Positions 39,543 through 50,800 of a stretch of DNA of 64,000 nucleotides are shown here, in pieces. The stretch is from Ignavibacteriota bacterium (GTDB lineage: Bacteria > Bacteroidota > Ignavibacteria > Palsa-1295), in the NCBI GenBank assembly GCA_963787835.1, contig CAWBEI010000002.1, positions 1,056,001 through 1,120,000 of the forward strand, read 5' to 3'. A program made the position numbers and the translations under genes. The notes beneath the pieces were generated by a model, which was not told the DNA's origin, ran no database searches, and saw nothing but the letters and a program-made list of their open reading frames with translations. Numbering within the stretch: position 1 is the stretch's first letter; every line of letters begins with the position of its first letter.

Positions 39543-39705
39543 TCATAAGATCCTAACGAGAAGGTACTTTAATCTACTCCCTCACACGTTGGGCTACTTA
39601 ATCCCCACCACCACACCCTGTCGGCGTGCGCGTTATGCAGCTACCTTCGTGTTTTTTATCATCTGGGAATGAGTCCACGAAGGTAGAGGTTACTCATTAG
39701 CGCGT

Positions 39706-40068
39706 ATGGATAGGTTACTGATTCGATTCGGGGTAGGGTTCGCCGCTGGGGCGATCATCGCAGCAATAGATAGCTATGCGTTTGGCGGCGAGATCAGCCC
39801 CATCGCCATTGTGATCCTGTTGCTCGGTGGTTCTGTTGTCATGGGGTTTCTGTGGGGCCGTCGTGGATGGGTTGCAGGTTTGGCAATGTGGATCGGCGTT
39901 CCGTTATTCCACGTTTTCAAGCATATATGGCAGTTACCGGATACCCTACAACCCAATACGTATGCCTCGATCCTGCTGTTAGCAGGATTTACGCTGGTCA
40001 TCGTCAGCATCGGCACTGTGGGAGGCGCAATAATGCACAAAGGTATAGTAGATCCACATCGATCCTGA
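39706..40068 (+). CDS. Hypothetical four-TM membrane protein
   Basis: Four hydrophobic Gly-rich segments. Confidence 0.75.
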   Translation: MDRLLIRFGVGFAAGAIIAAIDSYAFGGEISPIAIVILLLGGSVVMGFLWGRRGWVAGLAMWIGVPLFHVFKHIWQLPDTLQPNTYASILLLAGFTLVIVSIGTVGGAIMHKGIVDPHRS

Positions 40069-40161
40069 GATGATAATTCCCATCCGTCAGATGGAATTAA
40101 CCCGGCCGTTAATGGGTATAGTATAGGCTCATTTTCACAATCCGAGCGATCTTTACCGTCC

Positions 40162-40329
40162 ATGTGGTTTCTCATCTCGATTCTTGTTTTGTTATGGTTT
40201 ATCGGGATCATTACGTTCGGTTTTACGGCGTACTGGGTACACGGGCTGCTTGTTGTTGCGGTCGTACTTGGTGTTTGGAATATGCTCGCTTCAAAAGTAA
40301 TAAGTATTGGTGGCAAGTATGAGGTATGA
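40162..40329 (+). CDS. Small membrane protein, lmo0937/DUF5670-like (55 aa, below ORF-track cutoff)
   Basis: Manual translation MWFLISILVLLWFIGIITFGFTAYWVHGLLVVAVVLGVWNMLASKVISIGGKYEV*; 'LW..G.........H.LLV.A' pattern. Confidence 0.7.
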   Translation: MWFLISILVLLWFIGIITFGFTAYWVHGLLVVAVVLGVWNMLASKVISIGGKYEV

Positions 40330-40436
40330 AGTATGAAGTATGAACGGGGGAATGGGAAAGTAAAAGCGGTCATGCTATGGGCCGCGTGGGTTCTGCGGGT
40401 ACTTCTTCTTTTCATACTTCATACTTCATACTTCAT
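40317..40436. repeat. Inverted heptamer arrays GTATGAA x4 / TTCATAC x3 overlapping two CDSs
   Basis: 40317-40344 and 40411-40436 are reverse complements. Confidence 0.9.
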
Positions 40437-42528
40437 CATTGCCCCGAACGCTCAGGAAACGAACCATCCCACGCCGGATAGCTTATGCCAATGCGGCGGA
40501 CCGGCGCTCACTACGGTGCCCACGAATGCCGGAACGAATTTCCTGCTCTGCTTCGAGGAGAATATCGACCAATACTACCATTCCATTTATTCCTCCGACG
40601 GCTATCTTGGGATCTATTGTGCCTCGCTCGGCACTCAGGATACGGTAACGATCACCTGCAAGCACTATCCATCGTTCAGTAAGGTGTTTATTTTAACACC
40701 GAATGGGTCGTTCACCTATACGGTCGCCGGAGATTCGCTGCTTTCCTGGATCGTCTCAAGCGAGGTGGTCGATGACCGTGTGGTGCAGGTTCACTCGACG
40801 TCACCGATCGTCTGCTACGGAATGAATTACAAGCGCTGGTCTGCCGACGCATTTTGCGCGCTTCCTCTGGAATATTCCGGCACAGATTACCGGGTGATGA
40901 GCTATGGCAGTTCTTCCGGCGCGATCGATGGCGGCGCCGCAAGCGGCGAATTTGCGGTCGCCGCGTTCGAGGATAACACGGTTGTGACGATCACGCCCAC
41001 TGTTCAAACAATAGGCGGCAATGCAGCCGGAGTTCCCGAAACGTTCACCCTCAATAAAGGAGAATGCGTCCAGGTCCAGGCCGATACCGTTGGCCACAAT
41101 AATGCGGACGCGTATCTCGATCTTACGGGTTCCATCATTACGTCGAACAAGCAGGTTGCGGTCTATGGAGGCCATGTGGAAACGGAAATACCGGATTTCT
41201 TCGTGCGCCCGTCGGATGATTATGTCACACGCGATATGCTGCTCGAAGCGTTGCCGCCAACCTCCGCATGGGGATATAGTTTTGTGCTGGAACCAATTAC
41301 GCTCGATAGCGCGGGCCACACTAATCCAGCCGGAGACCTTATGCGCGTGCTCGCGCTGGATTCCAATACGGAAGTATTCGTGAATGGTGAGCCGTGGGTT
41401 ACGCTCAACAGCCCGTCAAATATCAGTGCGTTTGCCGATTCGCTTATTACCATTCCAACGCTTGTGACATCGAGCAACCCGCTGATGGTAGCGGAGTATG
41501 CGCATTCGTCGTACACGTATTATGGCCCCGGTGATCCATTCCTTGCCATTGTTCCGCCGATGGAGCAAACCTACAATAACTACACCTTCTTTCTTCCACC
41601 GGACACTAATTTTAGTTACCAGGGTTTGATCGTCGCTGCGGATACGAATGCACAGGATAACATTCGGTTCGACGGGACGCTTATTCCGTCCTCGGAGTTC
41701 AAACCGGTTCCCGGAAACCTCAATGGGCGTTCGTTCTCGATCGGTGCGATAAGCAAATATTTTGGTTACAAGGGATTGCCGCAGGGCATTCACACGATCA
41801 GCACCACCTCTCCACCGGAACAGGGTTTTACGATATTAGGCTACGGCGTTGGTTTTGCGAATGCGTATGGATATGCGGCAGGGCAGCTTTTGGTGCCGAA
41901 GCGATCGATACGAATTGATAACCCTCCGGTAGTGAATGGTCCCGTGCATCCGAACACGCTTACATTCCACAACACAGCGTATCAGCCGGCGTATTTGGAT
42001 ACTGCGCTTTTCATTCCCGATGATTTTAAGAATGCTGCGTTCGGCATTCACATCGCAGAAAATGTAGCTCTGGATATTGGCCGTGTAGATATCGGCGGCA
42101 CCGGACAGATACATCTCGTGTCCGACATTCCGCTTAACTATCCCGTGAGCGGGGTCGTGAAAATAGTTAGCCATCTGCCATCGTACCCGAACATCGAGCC
42201 GGCAGAGATGCGCTATACACTGTACCCAGAAACTTCAGCGGGTGTGAGCAATCCTAACGATCTTTCGCTGAACGTAACAGCCACGCCAAATCCGTTTTCC
42301 AGCTACACCACAATCAACTTCTCGCTTCCGGAAGCCGGCGATATTACCATAAAATTATATGATGAACTTGGCCGGATCATCCGTCATGTGGCTTCGAGCG
42401 AATTTTCGGCAGGGCCGTATTCTGTGGGCATCGGTCGGTTCGGGCTTGCAAATGGTGTCTATACCTGTGTGATAGCATCAAGCAGGCTGAATATTCACGT
42501 GCGTATTCCGATCGTGGCCGGCGAGTAA
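40333..42528 (+). CDS. IgGFc-binding-domain secreted protein with T9SS-type C-terminal domain
   Basis: 'GTNFLLCF', 'SADAFCALP...GTDYRVMSY', 'DLTGSIITSNK.VAVYGGH', 'LPP.SAWG', 'GDPF...VPP.EQ'; 'PNPFS..TTI.F..P...YDELGR'; start 40333 or 40372. Confidence 0.85.
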   Translation: MKYERGNGKVKAVMLWAAWVLRVLLLFILHTSYFIIAPNAQETNHPTPDSLCQCGGPALTTVPTNAGTNFLLCFEENIDQYYHSIYSSDGYLGIYCASLGTQDTVTITCKHYPSFSKVFILTPNGSFTYTVAGDSLLSWIVSSEVVDDRVVQVHSTSPIVCYGMNYKRWSADAFCALPLEYSGTDYRVMSYGSSSGAIDGGAASGEFAVAAFEDNTVVTITPTVQTIGGNAAGVPETFTLNKGECVQVQADTVGHNNADAYLDLTGSIITSNKQVAVYGGHVETEIPDFFVRPSDDYVTRDMLLEALPPTSAWGYSFVLEPITLDSAGHTNPAGDLMRVLALDSNTEVFVNGEPWVTLNSPSNISAFADSLITIPTLVTSSNPLMVAEYAHSSYTYYGPGDPFLAIVPPMEQTYNNYTFFLPPDTNFSYQGLIVAADTNAQDNIRFDGTLIPSSEFKPVPGNLNGRSFSIGAISKYFGYKGLPQGIHTISTTSPPEQGFTILGYGVGFANAYGYAAGQLLVPKRSIRIDNPPVVNGPVHPNTLTFHNTAYQPAYLDTALFIPDDFKNAAFGIHIAENVALDIGRVDIGGTGQIHLVSDIPLNYPVSGVVKIVSHLPSYPNIEPAEMRYTLYPETSAGVSNPNDLSLNVTATPNPFSSYTTINFSLPEAGDITIKLYDELGRIIRHVASSEFSAGPYSVGIGRFGLANGVYTCVIASSRLNIHVRIPIVAGE

Positions 42529-42590
42529 GTCTCCTGGTATTCCATAATTCACACTTCATACTTGCACCGAGGGTGTAACAAAACTCTGGA

Positions 42591-43034
42591 ATGCGAATTC
42601 TTTTACAACGGGTAAGTAGTGCTTCCGTGAGGGTGGGAGATGAGGTCGTGGGCCAAATAGGCCGCGGCCTGCTGGCTTTCATCGGAATTCGCGAGAGTGA
42701 CACCGAGGAAACAGCCAAATGGATGGCCGAAAAAGTCGAAAATCTGCGTATTTTCGAGGATCAGGACGGGAAGATGAATCTGTCGGTCAGGGAGATGGGT
42801 GGAAGCATCCTCGCCGTAAGCCAATTCACGCTTTATGGTGAAGCGTCCAAAGGCAACCGGCCAAACTTCCTGGCTGCCGCCGCACCGGATAAAGCCGAAA
42901 GGATCTATGAGATCTTGTTAGGTTATCTTGTGGCGCGGTTAGGGCCGGAAAAGGTCGCTTCGGGGCGCTTCCGTGCGAAAATGAAGGTCGAACTCGTGAA
43001 CGAAGGGCCGGTCACGATCCTGCTCGAACGGTAA
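42591..43034 (+). CDS. dtd: D-aminoacyl-tRNA deacylase
   Basis: 'LQRV..ASV', 'LRIFED..GKMN', 'VSQFTL', 'GNRP.F', 'NEGPVT'. Confidence 0.96.
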   Translation: MRILLQRVSSASVRVGDEVVGQIGRGLLAFIGIRESDTEETAKWMAEKVENLRIFEDQDGKMNLSVREMGGSILAVSQFTLYGEASKGNRPNFLAAAAPDKAERIYEILLGYLVARLGPEKVASGRFRAKMKVELVNEGPVTILLER

Positions 43035-43139
43035 CTGATTTCTTCTGTTCTTTTGTTGTTAACGGAGTTCGCCAGGGCGTAACGGTCTTGCTTTGGCACC
43101 TTGAATGCTTTTTCGTCAACATTAATAATCTTTTGTCCG

Positions 43140-45314
43140 ATGACTACATTGTATCGCATTCCCTCGAGTCGGCTTCATAATAGTTCCACGCTCCGCGCGC
43201 TGTTCGTGTGTTGCAGGATAGTGGTTGCCTCGTGCCTCGTCATTCCGGCTACGGGAAACGCCCAGCAATCCAGAGGCCCGGTATATGACACGGCCTGCCA
43301 ATGCGGTGGTCCGGCGCTTACATCTGTCGCGACGAATGCAGGAACGAATTTCTTGCTGTGCTTCGAGCAGAATAATTATCCCGGGTATGAAACCGGCGGT
43401 TACCTCGAAGTCTATGTGGCTTCGCTTGGAGACACCGCGACCGTTACGATCACAAGCCGGTTGCACCCGTCATTGAACAAAGTGTTCTTCCTGCAGGCCA
43501 ACTCCTCCATCTCGTATGACATTTCGGATGATACGATACCGGGGGGGGGACAGATGCAGGATCTTTGGATCGTTTCCGACGAGGTTCCCGATAATACGGT
43601 CGTGCAGGTTCAGGCCACGGCGCCGGTCGTTTGCTATGGCCTGGATTACAAGATCTTTACCGCGGACGCATTTTGCGCTATTTCGGCGCAATCGGCAGGT
43701 ACCGATTATCGTGTCATTAGCTATCCTAATTCCAACAACCAGATCTTCTTCTCGGATAACCAGGATTGGATGCCTTCTCAGTTCTCCGTTGCCGCATTCG
43801 AGGATGATGATACCGTTACCATCACACCTTCTGCTCCAACCTTAGGCGGTCATGTTGCCGGAGTTCCATTCAAAGTGGTGTTGCAGCAAGGGCAGTGTGT
43901 GCAGGTGCAGACGGATCCCTCTGTGGATGGCCTCGACCTTACCGGATCGATGGTGTCGGCGACGCATCCCGTTACGGTCTATGGTAGCCATGCGCGCACA
44001 GAAGTTCCTTCGGACTGGCAGCGCCCGCAAGCCGATGGCGGAAGTGTTAGCCGGGACATGCTGCTCGAAACGATGCCTCCCACCAGCGACTGGGGCGATA
44101 ACTTCGTGCTTAATGCCGTGGTTATCGATAACAAAGGCACGCTCGATCCCAACGGCACGGTGATGCGCGTGCTTGCGCTCAACGATAATACGGCGGTCAG
44201 CGTCAATGGCGATCCCTGGGTAACGCTGAGCCACAATCAGTTCAAAGACTCAACGATCCGTGGACCGGTGTTGGTTACCTCGACGGGTCCGCTGCTTGTT
44301 GGAGAAATTGAACATACGGATTATACCACCAACAGTAATGGCGATCCATTTCTTGCTATCGTTCCACCGGTTGACCAAACCTATAACAATTTTACATTTT
44401 TTCTGGGCGATTCCACTATTTTTAATTATCAGGGTGTGATCATTGCCGCCGATACCAGTTGTATTGGAAGTATTGTGCTCGATGGAACCCCCCTGCCGCG
44501 CTCGTTTTTTAAACTCGTACCTGGCTCGGTGAACGGGCGATCGTTTGCGATCCTGGACTATCCAAGATCACAGGGCCCGCACAAGATCAGCACGACCCAA
44601 TTGCCGGAACAGGGTTTTACTATCTTAGCGCATGGTGAAGGAGATGTCATTTCTTATGGTTACACCGCAGGCTCGCTGCTGGTACCCAAACGCTCGATCA
44701 TGATCGAATATCCACCGGTGACGAACAGGCAGATTCATACGAATACTCTCAACTTCCACAATGGCGCCTATCAACCTGCGTATTTGGATAGCGCCACATT
44801 CATTCCAGATGATTTTAAGAATGCCGCGTTCGGTATTCATACCGCAGAAAATGTAGCGCTCGACATTGGCCGCGTGGATATTGGTGGCAGCGGGCAGGTG
44901 CATCTTGTTTCCGATATTCCACTCAACTATCCGGTCAGTGGGACGCTGAACATCTTCTCGCATTTGCCCTCGTATTTTAACATTGAGCCAGGGCAGATGC
45001 ACTTCACGCTCTATCCGGATGCAGCGGATGTAGCCCAGGCCGGGCAGACGCTGTTGAATCTAACGGCAAGCCCCAACCCATTTTCTGCCTATACGACGAT
45101 CAATTTTACAGTTCCTCAGACTGGCGACATCACGGTCACGCTGTACGATCAACTTGGTCGCGTGGTGAAGCATGTTGCATCCAGAGAATTCACTGCCGGA
45201 CCGTATTCATTCCAGATCGAGCGAAATGGCTTACCCAGTGGTGTGTATGTGTGCGAGGTTACATCCGCACAATTGAACATCCATGCTCGCATTCCGATTA
45301 TCGCCGGCGAATAA
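43140..45314 (+). CDS. IgGFc-binding-domain secreted protein with T9SS-type CTD (paralog of 40333..42528)
   Basis: Same motif order; shared 'CQCGGPALT.V.TNAGTNFLLCFE' and 'FIPDDFKNAAFGIH.AENVALDIGRVDIGG'; ends 'RIPI.AGE'. Confidence 0.85.
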   Translation: MTTLYRIPSSRLHNSSTLRALFVCCRIVVASCLVIPATGNAQQSRGPVYDTACQCGGPALTSVATNAGTNFLLCFEQNNYPGYETGGYLEVYVASLGDTATVTITSRLHPSLNKVFFLQANSSISYDISDDTIPGGGQMQDLWIVSDEVPDNTVVQVQATAPVVCYGLDYKIFTADAFCAISAQSAGTDYRVISYPNSNNQIFFSDNQDWMPSQFSVAAFEDDDTVTITPSAPTLGGHVAGVPFKVVLQQGQCVQVQTDPSVDGLDLTGSMVSATHPVTVYGSHARTEVPSDWQRPQADGGSVSRDMLLETMPPTSDWGDNFVLNAVVIDNKGTLDPNGTVMRVLALNDNTAVSVNGDPWVTLSHNQFKDSTIRGPVLVTSTGPLLVGEIEHTDYTTNSNGDPFLAIVPPVDQTYNNFTFFLGDSTIFNYQGVIIAADTSCIGSIVLDGTPLPRSFFKLVPGSVNGRSFAILDYPRSQGPHKISTTQLPEQGFTILAHGEGDVISYGYTAGSLLVPKRSIMIEYPPVTNRQIHTNTLNFHNGAYQPAYLDSATFIPDDFKNAAFGIHTAENVALDIGRVDIGGSGQVHLVSDIPLNYPVSGTLNIFSHLPSYFNIEPGQMHFTLYPDAADVAQAGQTLLNLTASPNPFSAYTTINFTVPQTGDITVTLYDQLGRVVKHVASREFTAGPYSFQIERNGLPSGVYVCEVTSAQLNIHARIPIIAGE

Positions 45315-45331
45315 TTTTTAGGGGATGAGGA

Positions 45332-47677
45332 ATGAAGCATGAAGATCAGGTAAGGGAAAGGGAAGCCTCGTTCGCTGCTCGAACGAGGTTCGTCCTATAT
45401 AGTTTTTTCTCCCTTTCACTGTTCTTCACTTTTTGCATTACGGGTGTTCCGTCTTCTTTCGCACAGACCACCGATACGCTTCTCAAGATCGTTCCGGCCG
45501 ATACGATCGATTTTGGCAGGGTACGGCTCGGGCATCAGCGCGATAGCCTGTTTACGATCGAGAACAATGGAACGTTTATATCTCAGCAACTGGAACTGAT
45601 CGATCTGAATTATTCCGTCGCGCTGCTGGGAACCGATTTCACGTCCGATAACATAAAAAGTCCATCAGACTCATTGATCCTCGATCCAAAGAGCAATCCC
45701 ACCGCTTCTGACACGATCCATTTTCGCCCGACGACATTGGGGCCTGCCTTTGGGAACATTCCAATTACGTGGATCGATATTCTGAAAGGCGATACACTTT
45801 CTACGCCCAACGTGGTATTACGCGGGATCGGTGTCGCCCCACATGTAGTATCGAGCGGAGATACCTTCCCGGATGTGCGAGTCGATAGCACTTCGTTGGT
45901 TGATTCGATCTATATCGTCAATCGCGGCACGGACACAACGGCCATCGACGCAGTTACGATCGTGAATACATCCGATCTCGCAGATTTTCTGGTCGCTCTC
46001 GATAGCTTTCCGCCCAGCAAGCCGCGAACGTTGCCGCTTGGATATGAAGGGAAAGATACGGCACTTATGTTCGAAGTTCAATTTCAGCCGAAATCGCTCG
46101 GTCAGAAGATGCTCGTCATTCGGATCCATACCGTGGATGATTCCGTCCTGTTCGATACGATCTGGGGAAGAGGGGTGGAACCATTAGTGCTGCTGGACAC
46201 GAATGTCATCGATTTCGGAACGATCTTGGTTCAAAAGAATGGCAGTCCGGATTCGACCGTTTCGGAGTCCTTCGTTATTTCGAACACCGGCACATTCCCG
46301 GCAGTGTTAGATACTCTTACGGATCGCGATACGGCTGGGAACTTCACCGTGCTGGCCGGTCAACCGCCTATCTCTCACGAAACACTGGCCGTCGGTAGCA
46401 ACCAGACTGTTCTGGTTCAATTCAATATTACGCAGGAAGGAGATTTTTTCGACACAGTCTTTATTCCAAACGACACACGTTACGGGCTATACAGCGTGTA
46501 CAGCACATATCAGCCGACGATCGTTCTGAAGGCTAAAGTGCGAACGGGATCCATCGGCTCTTATTCGGCATCGTTCGATACGATACGATCCTGTGATACG
46601 GTAAGCGACACGGTCTTGGTCACAAACCCCTATCCCGTCGAGGTCTATATCGATAGCATCGCCCTTGTCTCGGATACTGCAGGATTCAGCTACCGGCAAA
46701 ACACGTTTTTGCACAAGATCAGCATTCCTCCGAATGGGTCCTATCCGTTATATCTTGACTATTCCTTCCCGTATGACAGCGTGAATGGTTCACAGGTCAT
46801 GAAAATGGCGCTCTTCCAACGCCATCTGGATAACGATCCCACCGTTGTCGATACAGTCACAGCTACGCTGGTTCGCAAGGAGCAGATAGTGACGCTTTCC
46901 GCGCAATTGCCGGCTGCCGGCGCTACTGGTACCAGTGCCGCAGATATTACAGAACTACGATTGCCGATCACGTTCGATGGGCCGCGCTCCGGTGTAACAG
47001 AGTTTAACAATTGGACGCTTTCCTTTCAATTCTCGAACGATCTCTTTGCGCCAACAGGCATCGATACTACCGGATCGCTTTCGGTGCCGGGAGATCCTTC
47101 TTACTCATTAACGACGTATTGGGATCAGTCCACGCGGACCTACACGATCATTGCTACGGGGACAGCAGTTTCCGATCCTGCGAAGATCGCCAATAAGCTC
47201 CTCTTTACGATGCTGATGCAGGCGTATGTGACGACCGATACCGTTGTAACGATATCGCCTTTGCTTGCATGGGCCCAACGGCCTTGTGCGTATGCGCTTC
47301 AGAGTTTTACGCTATCGCTTCCGTATGCAGAGGATTGCGGCAACCAAACCCTGCGCGAATTTATGCAGGGAGGCACTCCATCATTCATTCTTACAGGGAC
47401 TTGGCCCGACCCCGTTATAAATGGGGATGGCGTTTCGATCGGCTATCGAGCCGGGCTGCCATGCCAAGTTAAAACAAGCATTTTTAGCGAGTCCGGCGAG
47501 CAACTTGGGCATGTCGAGGAGACGATCGGCGCGGGGATCGGCACCATTAATCTGCCCCAGGAGTTGCTTCCGGCATCTGGGCTTGCGTTCATTCGAGTCG
47601 AGGCCGTGAGTAATACGAACGATGCGAATGGGGGGATCTCAACAATTCAAAACTGCAAGGTCGCTGTCATGAAATAG
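45332..47677 (+). CDS. Secreted protein with tandem Ig-like (ASH/choice-of-anchor D) domains and divergent CTD
   Basis: Repeated 'IDFG.V....N.G...F.P...G..' units; Asp/Thr-rich; 'WPDP' CTD-like end. Confidence 0.7.
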   Translation: MKHEDQVREREASFAARTRFVLYSFFSLSLFFTFCITGVPSSFAQTTDTLLKIVPADTIDFGRVRLGHQRDSLFTIENNGTFISQQLELIDLNYSVALLGTDFTSDNIKSPSDSLILDPKSNPTASDTIHFRPTTLGPAFGNIPITWIDILKGDTLSTPNVVLRGIGVAPHVVSSGDTFPDVRVDSTSLVDSIYIVNRGTDTTAIDAVTIVNTSDLADFLVALDSFPPSKPRTLPLGYEGKDTALMFEVQFQPKSLGQKMLVIRIHTVDDSVLFDTIWGRGVEPLVLLDTNVIDFGTILVQKNGSPDSTVSESFVISNTGTFPAVLDTLTDRDTAGNFTVLAGQPPISHETLAVGSNQTVLVQFNITQEGDFFDTVFIPNDTRYGLYSVYSTYQPTIVLKAKVRTGSIGSYSASFDTIRSCDTVSDTVLVTNPYPVEVYIDSIALVSDTAGFSYRQNTFLHKISIPPNGSYPLYLDYSFPYDSVNGSQVMKMALFQRHLDNDPTVVDTVTATLVRKEQIVTLSAQLPAAGATGTSAADITELRLPITFDGPRSGVTEFNNWTLSFQFSNDLFAPTGIDTTGSLSVPGDPSYSLTTYWDQSTRTYTIIATGTAVSDPAKIANKLLFTMLMQAYVTTDTVVTISPLLAWAQRPCAYALQSFTLSLPYAEDCGNQTLREFMQGGTPSFILTGTWPDPVINGDGVSIGYRAGLPCQVKTSIFSESGEQLGHVEETIGAGIGTINLPQELLPASGLAFIRVEAVSNTNDANGGISTIQNCKVAVMK

Positions 47678-47805
47678 TCATGGGCAGACTAAAATAATTT
47701 TTATTTTTTATTGTAATTAATCTCTCGTTCCGGGTTTATAGAGATGTGAATAGTCGGTCATTCACGGTGTTTTGGTAGTAAACGAGGCCGGAAAGGTCAT
47801 TTCCC

Positions 47806-50800
47806 ATGCATCATCATCCGAACATCTTTCATCGAAGTTCTCAATGCCCTCGGAGCATCGGGAAGCGTTCTCGTGTATCGCTATTTATTTCCGTGTTGGC
47901 AGTGCTCTCTGTTTTTTGCAGCACACGTCTTCGTGCCCAGAGCGCTAACTATGATAATTTCGGTAAGGAGTTTTATGTGGCGTTTGGACCCAATGAAGGA
48001 GGCGAAGGTGATCTTACCTCCGAGACTGTAATGGATCTCTACATTACGAGTCATGTAATTGCACATGGGGAAGTAGATGTCCCAGCGCTTAATTTTTATC
48101 AGACGTTTACCACTACTCCCGGGCAGATCACGACCATCGTGCTGCCGAATGGAAATAATTTCTCACCGACGGTCGAGGTCACTCAAGATCAACAAGTTCT
48201 ACCGGGGATGGCCGTTCATATCACGAGCGACAGCGAGGTCGCGGTGTTTGGTATGAATCACAAGTTGTATTCCAGCGATGCGTTCATGGGCTTGCCTACC
48301 AATGTGCTCGGCACGGAATATCGGACCATGAATTACCCATCCTCAGACAATCAGGGCGATGTGCAGCCTGGAATGTTTCTCATCGTAGCTGTTGTGGACT
48401 CGACCAATGTGACCATTACCCTTCGAGATGCTTCCACGGGTAGCCCCGCGGGTTTGCCGTTTAATATCCTGCTCGATAAAGGCGATGTGTATCTTGTAGA
48501 GGGTACGTATGACCTAAGTGATGATCTGACGGGCAGCTTGATAGAATCCGATGAGCCCATTGCCGTGTTTAGTGGCCACCATCGCACGGCGATCCCCGAT
48601 ACGGCCGTTAACATCGAGCGAGCTCCCAGCCGTGACCATTTGGTGGAGCAATTGCCGCCGGTAAGCGCCTGGGGCGATTCCGCGCTCGTTGTTCCCTATG
48701 CCACATCCATGTTACCCGATCTGGTTCGCGTTGTATGCGCTGAAGATAGCACGCAGATCTCCGTTAATGGAAAAATCATTCCGGGAACGTTCAATGCCGG
48801 TGATTTTTATGAAATCACTCACCTTGCCGGAGTGACCTCTATCCAGGCATCCAAGCCGATCGAGGTAGGCCAATTCATGCATACCAGTTTGGGAGCGTTG
48901 GGAGATCCGCGACTTCCGGCCTATGGCGATCCTGCGCTTGCACTTGTGTTCCCTGTCGAGCAATTTAAGAATGCTTATACCATTATTAGCATTGTCAATC
49001 CCGATGCCTTTACTGGAAATTTTGTGAACATCGTGGCCGATGCGAGTTCCATCGGTACAATGACGATCGATGGAGCGCCGATCGATCCGAATGAGTTTTA
49101 TTCCATCCCCAATACCCGCTTTGACTACGCGCAGCATCAGCTCCAGCAAGGGACGCATAATATTACAGGGAGCAGCCCCTTTGGGGTCACCGTGTACGCG
49201 CTCGGACCTGTCGATAGCTACTCCTACACTGGCGGTACGCTGCTCAAGACCATCACTCCGCTCGAAACCGTCGGACTGGTTATCGACTTCGGAGACCGCG
49301 TCCTTAATCCATCGAACCTCAAAGGCCCTCCGTTTGTCGGCGGAATCTTCGATACTACGGTCGTCTTGAGAAATATTTCCGAAGATACGGTGAATATTTA
49401 TTCCTTCCCAAAGCGTATTCAGGATACCGACCGATTTAACGTGGTTGCTACCACCCCTCCGTCAGGAGCTCCTGCGGGAATCGCGCCTGCGTTAACCATC
49501 CCGCCGCTCGGGGTTGATTCGTTCACGATACAGTTCCAGCCCCATGAGGTCAACCGCCGCATGCACACGCAGATCACAGCAAACACGGATCACCTCCGCG
49601 CGTATGTTGTCGATGTTTATGGTCGCGGTGTTGAGGACGATATGGGTCTTTTTGCAGATACCAATAAGACATTAAAGATCGACACTCTGAATTTTGGCAC
49701 CTTTACCGATCAGGATAACCCGGATGATTCCGAGATCTATGTCGGAAATGCCGGTTCGGACTCGATGCAAGTGAATGTGGTTTCGATCACCACGCACACG
49801 AGTCCTGACCCATTTTCTCAGATCGGAGCTAGCAATCACGGAGGAGCGGTTACGCTTCCATTCTCCATTGCCGCTGCTCCTTCCGCTCCGGCTCGTATTT
49901 CGCTTCGGTTCTCACCATTCGGAATGACAAAGGGTCTGTATTCCGATTCCATCCTTGTTACTTCAACCAGTATTGGCGATACTGCTGCCGACGGTGGGCC
50001 GCTTCAGAGCACGCATATCGTAGTGCTTATCGGTCGTGTCGATTCGATCGTAGGCCTTCAGACCGGGGTGGATACCGTTACCTGGGGAACCACAGAAGTG
50101 TGCTCCGACTCCGTATATCGAATTCTCATTCCTAATCCGAACGACCTTCCTGTGACTGTCACCTCCGCGAATATCATCGGCGTGAATGCTTCTGATTTTG
50201 TTCTCTCTACGAAAACGCCGCTCGTCATCCCTCCCGGACAGACGGACACCGTCCAAGTCAATTTCCTTCCTACTGCGCGGGGGATCAGAACCGCTCAGGC
50301 GATCCTCACCTACAATCTCCCCAAAAATGCTCCCATCGACACGGTAAACCTTTCGGGAACTGGTGACAAACCCACGCTCGAACTTGCTGCCAGCCAAACC
50401 TTGCACTCGTATATCCTTGACAATTATTTCCTCATGCCCATCTACGCGGTAACGAATATGGATATTATCGGGTGTGATGGGTACCACATTTATGTGCAAT
50501 ATGACTCGGTTCATCTCAAGCTGCTCGATGTCGTCACGGCCGGGACATTCACGCCGGGAGGCTATCTTTCGATTCAATCCTCTACGCCGCCGGGACATGA
50601 TACTATTAATTTCCAGCAGGGAGGGGAAGGAAGTACGATCGCTCCTGTGATCATCTCAGGCGGTGGCTGCAATCCAGGCGATTCCGGATGCCTTCCGCTT
50701 GTGTATCTAAAGTTTCAGGCCAGTACCGCTGGTGCAGACCCACTGACGTATGAGCAAGGGTTCCCGATCAATTTTACGATGACCTTCGATGATTCCCGTC

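Noticed and set aside
37035-40329. Integron cassette array (small ORFs; GCATAAC, GTTATGC and GTTGGGC cores near 37606 and 39551-39639)
   Set aside because: No integrase, genes lie on both strands, and no repeated full-length attC hairpin follows the ORFs; the best hairpin is only about 44 nt
39774-40415. 213-aa minus-strand ORF
   Set aside because: Overlaps three better-supported plus-strand genes and includes translated heptamer repeat
40333-45314. Diversity-generating retroelement TR/VR pair suggested by similar DNA segments
   Set aside because: Differences are mostly synonymous and not adenine-specific, and no reverse transcriptase is in the window
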